From Nitrososphaera sp. (lineage in GTDB: Archaea > Thermoproteota > EX4484-205 > JAAOZO01), in contig JBAMLO010000053.1 in NCBI GenBank assembly GCA_039793485.1, forward strand, positions 12,948-76,947: a DNA stretch of 64,000 bases. The letters are read 5' to 3'. The notes beneath the pieces are model-generated. The model was not told the DNA's origin and did not search any database. It was given only the letters and a program-made list of their open reading frames with translations. Shown one piece after another: positions 62,540 through 64,000 of this stretch (position 1 is the first letter of the stretch; each line of letters starts with the position of its first letter). The translations under genes and the position numbers were made by a program.

Positions 62540-62737
62540 TAAAACCAGTAAGGTTAAGGGAGGTTTATAGATTTATTCCTTACGTTTTAAACAAGAGTTT
62601 TGCACTTCCTAAGTTTTTTACTTTCACCTTGATTTTTAAGACTCAACTTCAACAAGTTTTAACAAGAAGAAATTTACTCCAATGAATTTTTAAAGAAAAT
62701 CTTTTTAAGCTCTTTATTCAATGCTAAATAAAAAGAG

Positions 62738-63190
62738 ATGAGCCTTCAGTCTAGTATAATTAAAGACCTAGAAGCAAAAATGAAAAACATGAAGAAAGAT
62801 GATTTTCTAAAATATGTTGTGAAAAAACTCAATGAAGTTGATCATTATAGTTGGGTTGGAATTTATCTCGTTAATGGTAATGAACTAGTCTTAAAAACTT
62901 TTTCTGGACCAAGAGAAACGGAGCACAAGATAATTCCCGTAGGGAAAGGAATTTGTGGATTAGCTGCAGAAATTGGAAAAACTGTTGTGGTTCAAGACGT
63001 TAGTAAAGATACCAGGTATATTTCTTGTTTTCCCTCGACGAAGTCTGAAATTGTAGTGCCGATAGTTAAAGATGGAAGAGCAATAGGTGAAATTGACATA
63101 GATAGCGACTACCTAAATGCTTTTACTGAAGAGGATGAGAACTTCTTAGAAGAAGTTGCTAAAATGATTGAAAGAAAATTAGAAGAGTGA
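62738..63190 (+). CDS. msrC: GAF-domain free methionine-(R)-sulfoxide reductase-like protein
   Basis: WVGIYL, KGICG, DV....YISC, SEIVVP, IDIDS. Confidence 0.8.
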   Translation: MSLQSSIIKDLEAKMKNMKKDDFLKYVVKKLNEVDHYSWVGIYLVNGNELVLKTFSGPRETEHKIIPVGKGICGLAAEIGKTVVVQDVSKDTRYISCFPSTKSEIVVPIVKDGRAIGEIDIDSDYLNAFTEEDENFLEEVAKMIERKLEE

Positions 63191-63291
63191 ACTAACTAAA
63201 AATTCTTATTCTTTAAAACAAAGCAAGAGAATTAAAATGAATAAGCAGCTATTAAAAGAACTTAGATTTTAAAAGTTAATTTTGTTTTTTA

Positions 63292-63444
63292 TTAAAAAGT
63301 AGACTTAACAAACAAAGTTAACAAAAATGAAATAATAATTGCAACTAAGATAAATACGATTAAAGGTAGAAATACTGTTTCTAAGAAAGCTATAAACAAT
63401 GCAAGAAAGTCTTTGATGTTTATTTTCTTGTCACCAGCCAGCAT
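63292..63444 (-). CDS. Small membrane protein (50 aa) at the end of the peptide ABC operon
   Basis: Not in the ORF track. ATG 63444 to TAA 63292: MLAGDKKINIKDFLALFIAFLETVFLPLIVFILVAIIISFLLTLFVKSTF; overlaps the ABC ATPase stop. Confidence 0.7.
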   Translation of the reverse strand: MLAGDKKINIKDFLALFIAFLETVFLPLIVFILVAIIISFLLTLFVKSTF

Positions 63445-64000
63445 CTTACTTTGTGTTCGTCTTCAACGCTTTCAACGGGTGGTATTTCAGTCTTGCAAAT
63501 GTCCATGACATAAGGACATCTATCGGCGAAAGGACATCCCTTTACTGGTGTGGTTGGATTGGGAGGCTCTCCACTTATTAAGAACTTGTCCTTCTTCACA
63601 TCTGGGTCAGGAATCGGAACACTTTTCAAAAGAGCCTGAGTATAAGGATGTTCTGCTTTCTTAAACAATTCCTTAGTACGACTTGTCTCAACCCACATCC
63701 CTCTATACATTATGACAGTCCTTTCACTAACATATCTTACAACAGCTAAGTTATGAGTAATTAGAAGATAAGTATAGTCATACTTTTCTTGTAATTCCTT
63801 CAGCAGGTCTAAAACTTGAGCCTGAACAGAGACGTCTAAAGAAGCTGTGGGTTCATCTAAGATAAGAAACTCAGGCTCAACTGCTAATGCTCTTGCTATT
63901 ACCGCTCTTTGCCTTTGGCCTCCGCTTAGCTCGTGAGGAAACCTATACAGATGTTCCTCACTTAGACCAACCCTTTCCATCAGCCTAAGAGCATTATCAT
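63420..64000 (-). CDS. Oligopeptide/dipeptide ABC transporter ATP-binding protein (AppF/OppF-like), 5' part outside window
   Basis: PHELSGGQRQR, LDEPTASLD, ITHNL, HPYT..LL..VP, GC.F..RC C-terminal domain; the frame stays open to base 64000. Confidence 0.92.
   Translation of the reverse strand, partial: DNALRLMERVGLSEEHLYRFPHELSGGQRQRAVIARALAVEPEFLILDEPTASLDVSVQAQVLDLLKELQEKYDYTYLLITHNLAVVRYVSERTVIMYRGMWVETSRTKELFKKAEHPYTQALLKSVPIPDPDVKKDKFLISGEPPNPTTPVKGCPFADRCPYVMDICKTEIPPVESVEDEHKVRCWLVTRK

Noticed and set aside
1-64000. CRISPR arrays, rRNA genes, IS elements, integrases
   Set aside because: No regularly spaced direct repeats, no GC-rich rRNA-like tracts and no transposase or recombinase motifs seen by eye.

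Overview
64 kb of an AT-rich archaeal chromosome. The gene set (TFE-beta, Rpo6, Alba, arcadin-1, a CdvA-like protein and a ClsN-type SMC alongside a canonical Smc-ScpAB) points to a TACK/Thermoproteota-type lineage outside Sulfolobales; this is inference, and finer placement needs phylogenomics. About 63 CDSs are supported, including two truncated by the window ends and one small ORF missed by the ORF track. Most are core genes for information processing, chromosome maintenance, lipid synthesis and amino-acid/sugar metabolism. I found no rRNA, tRNA, CRISPR array, transposase or integrase. The only mobile element is a 160-aa mini-intein in the Walker A motif of Smc. Main highlights: (1) a second, short-armed SMC with SMC5/6-like motifs in an operon with its own kleisin and kite, within a CdvA-like/arcadin-1/Lhr neighbourhood; (2) a thermosome subunit whose catalytic ATPase residues are replaced, translationally coupled to rpo6; (3) an arcE-like arginine synthetase next to argF; (4) an RNase HIII-like enzyme; (5) a DUF72-SWIM fusion; (6) a MacB/FtsX-type ABC transporter next to a sequon-rich coiled-coil surface protein; (7) a run of three apparently degenerate enzymes. 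All family calls come from motif recognition without database searches.
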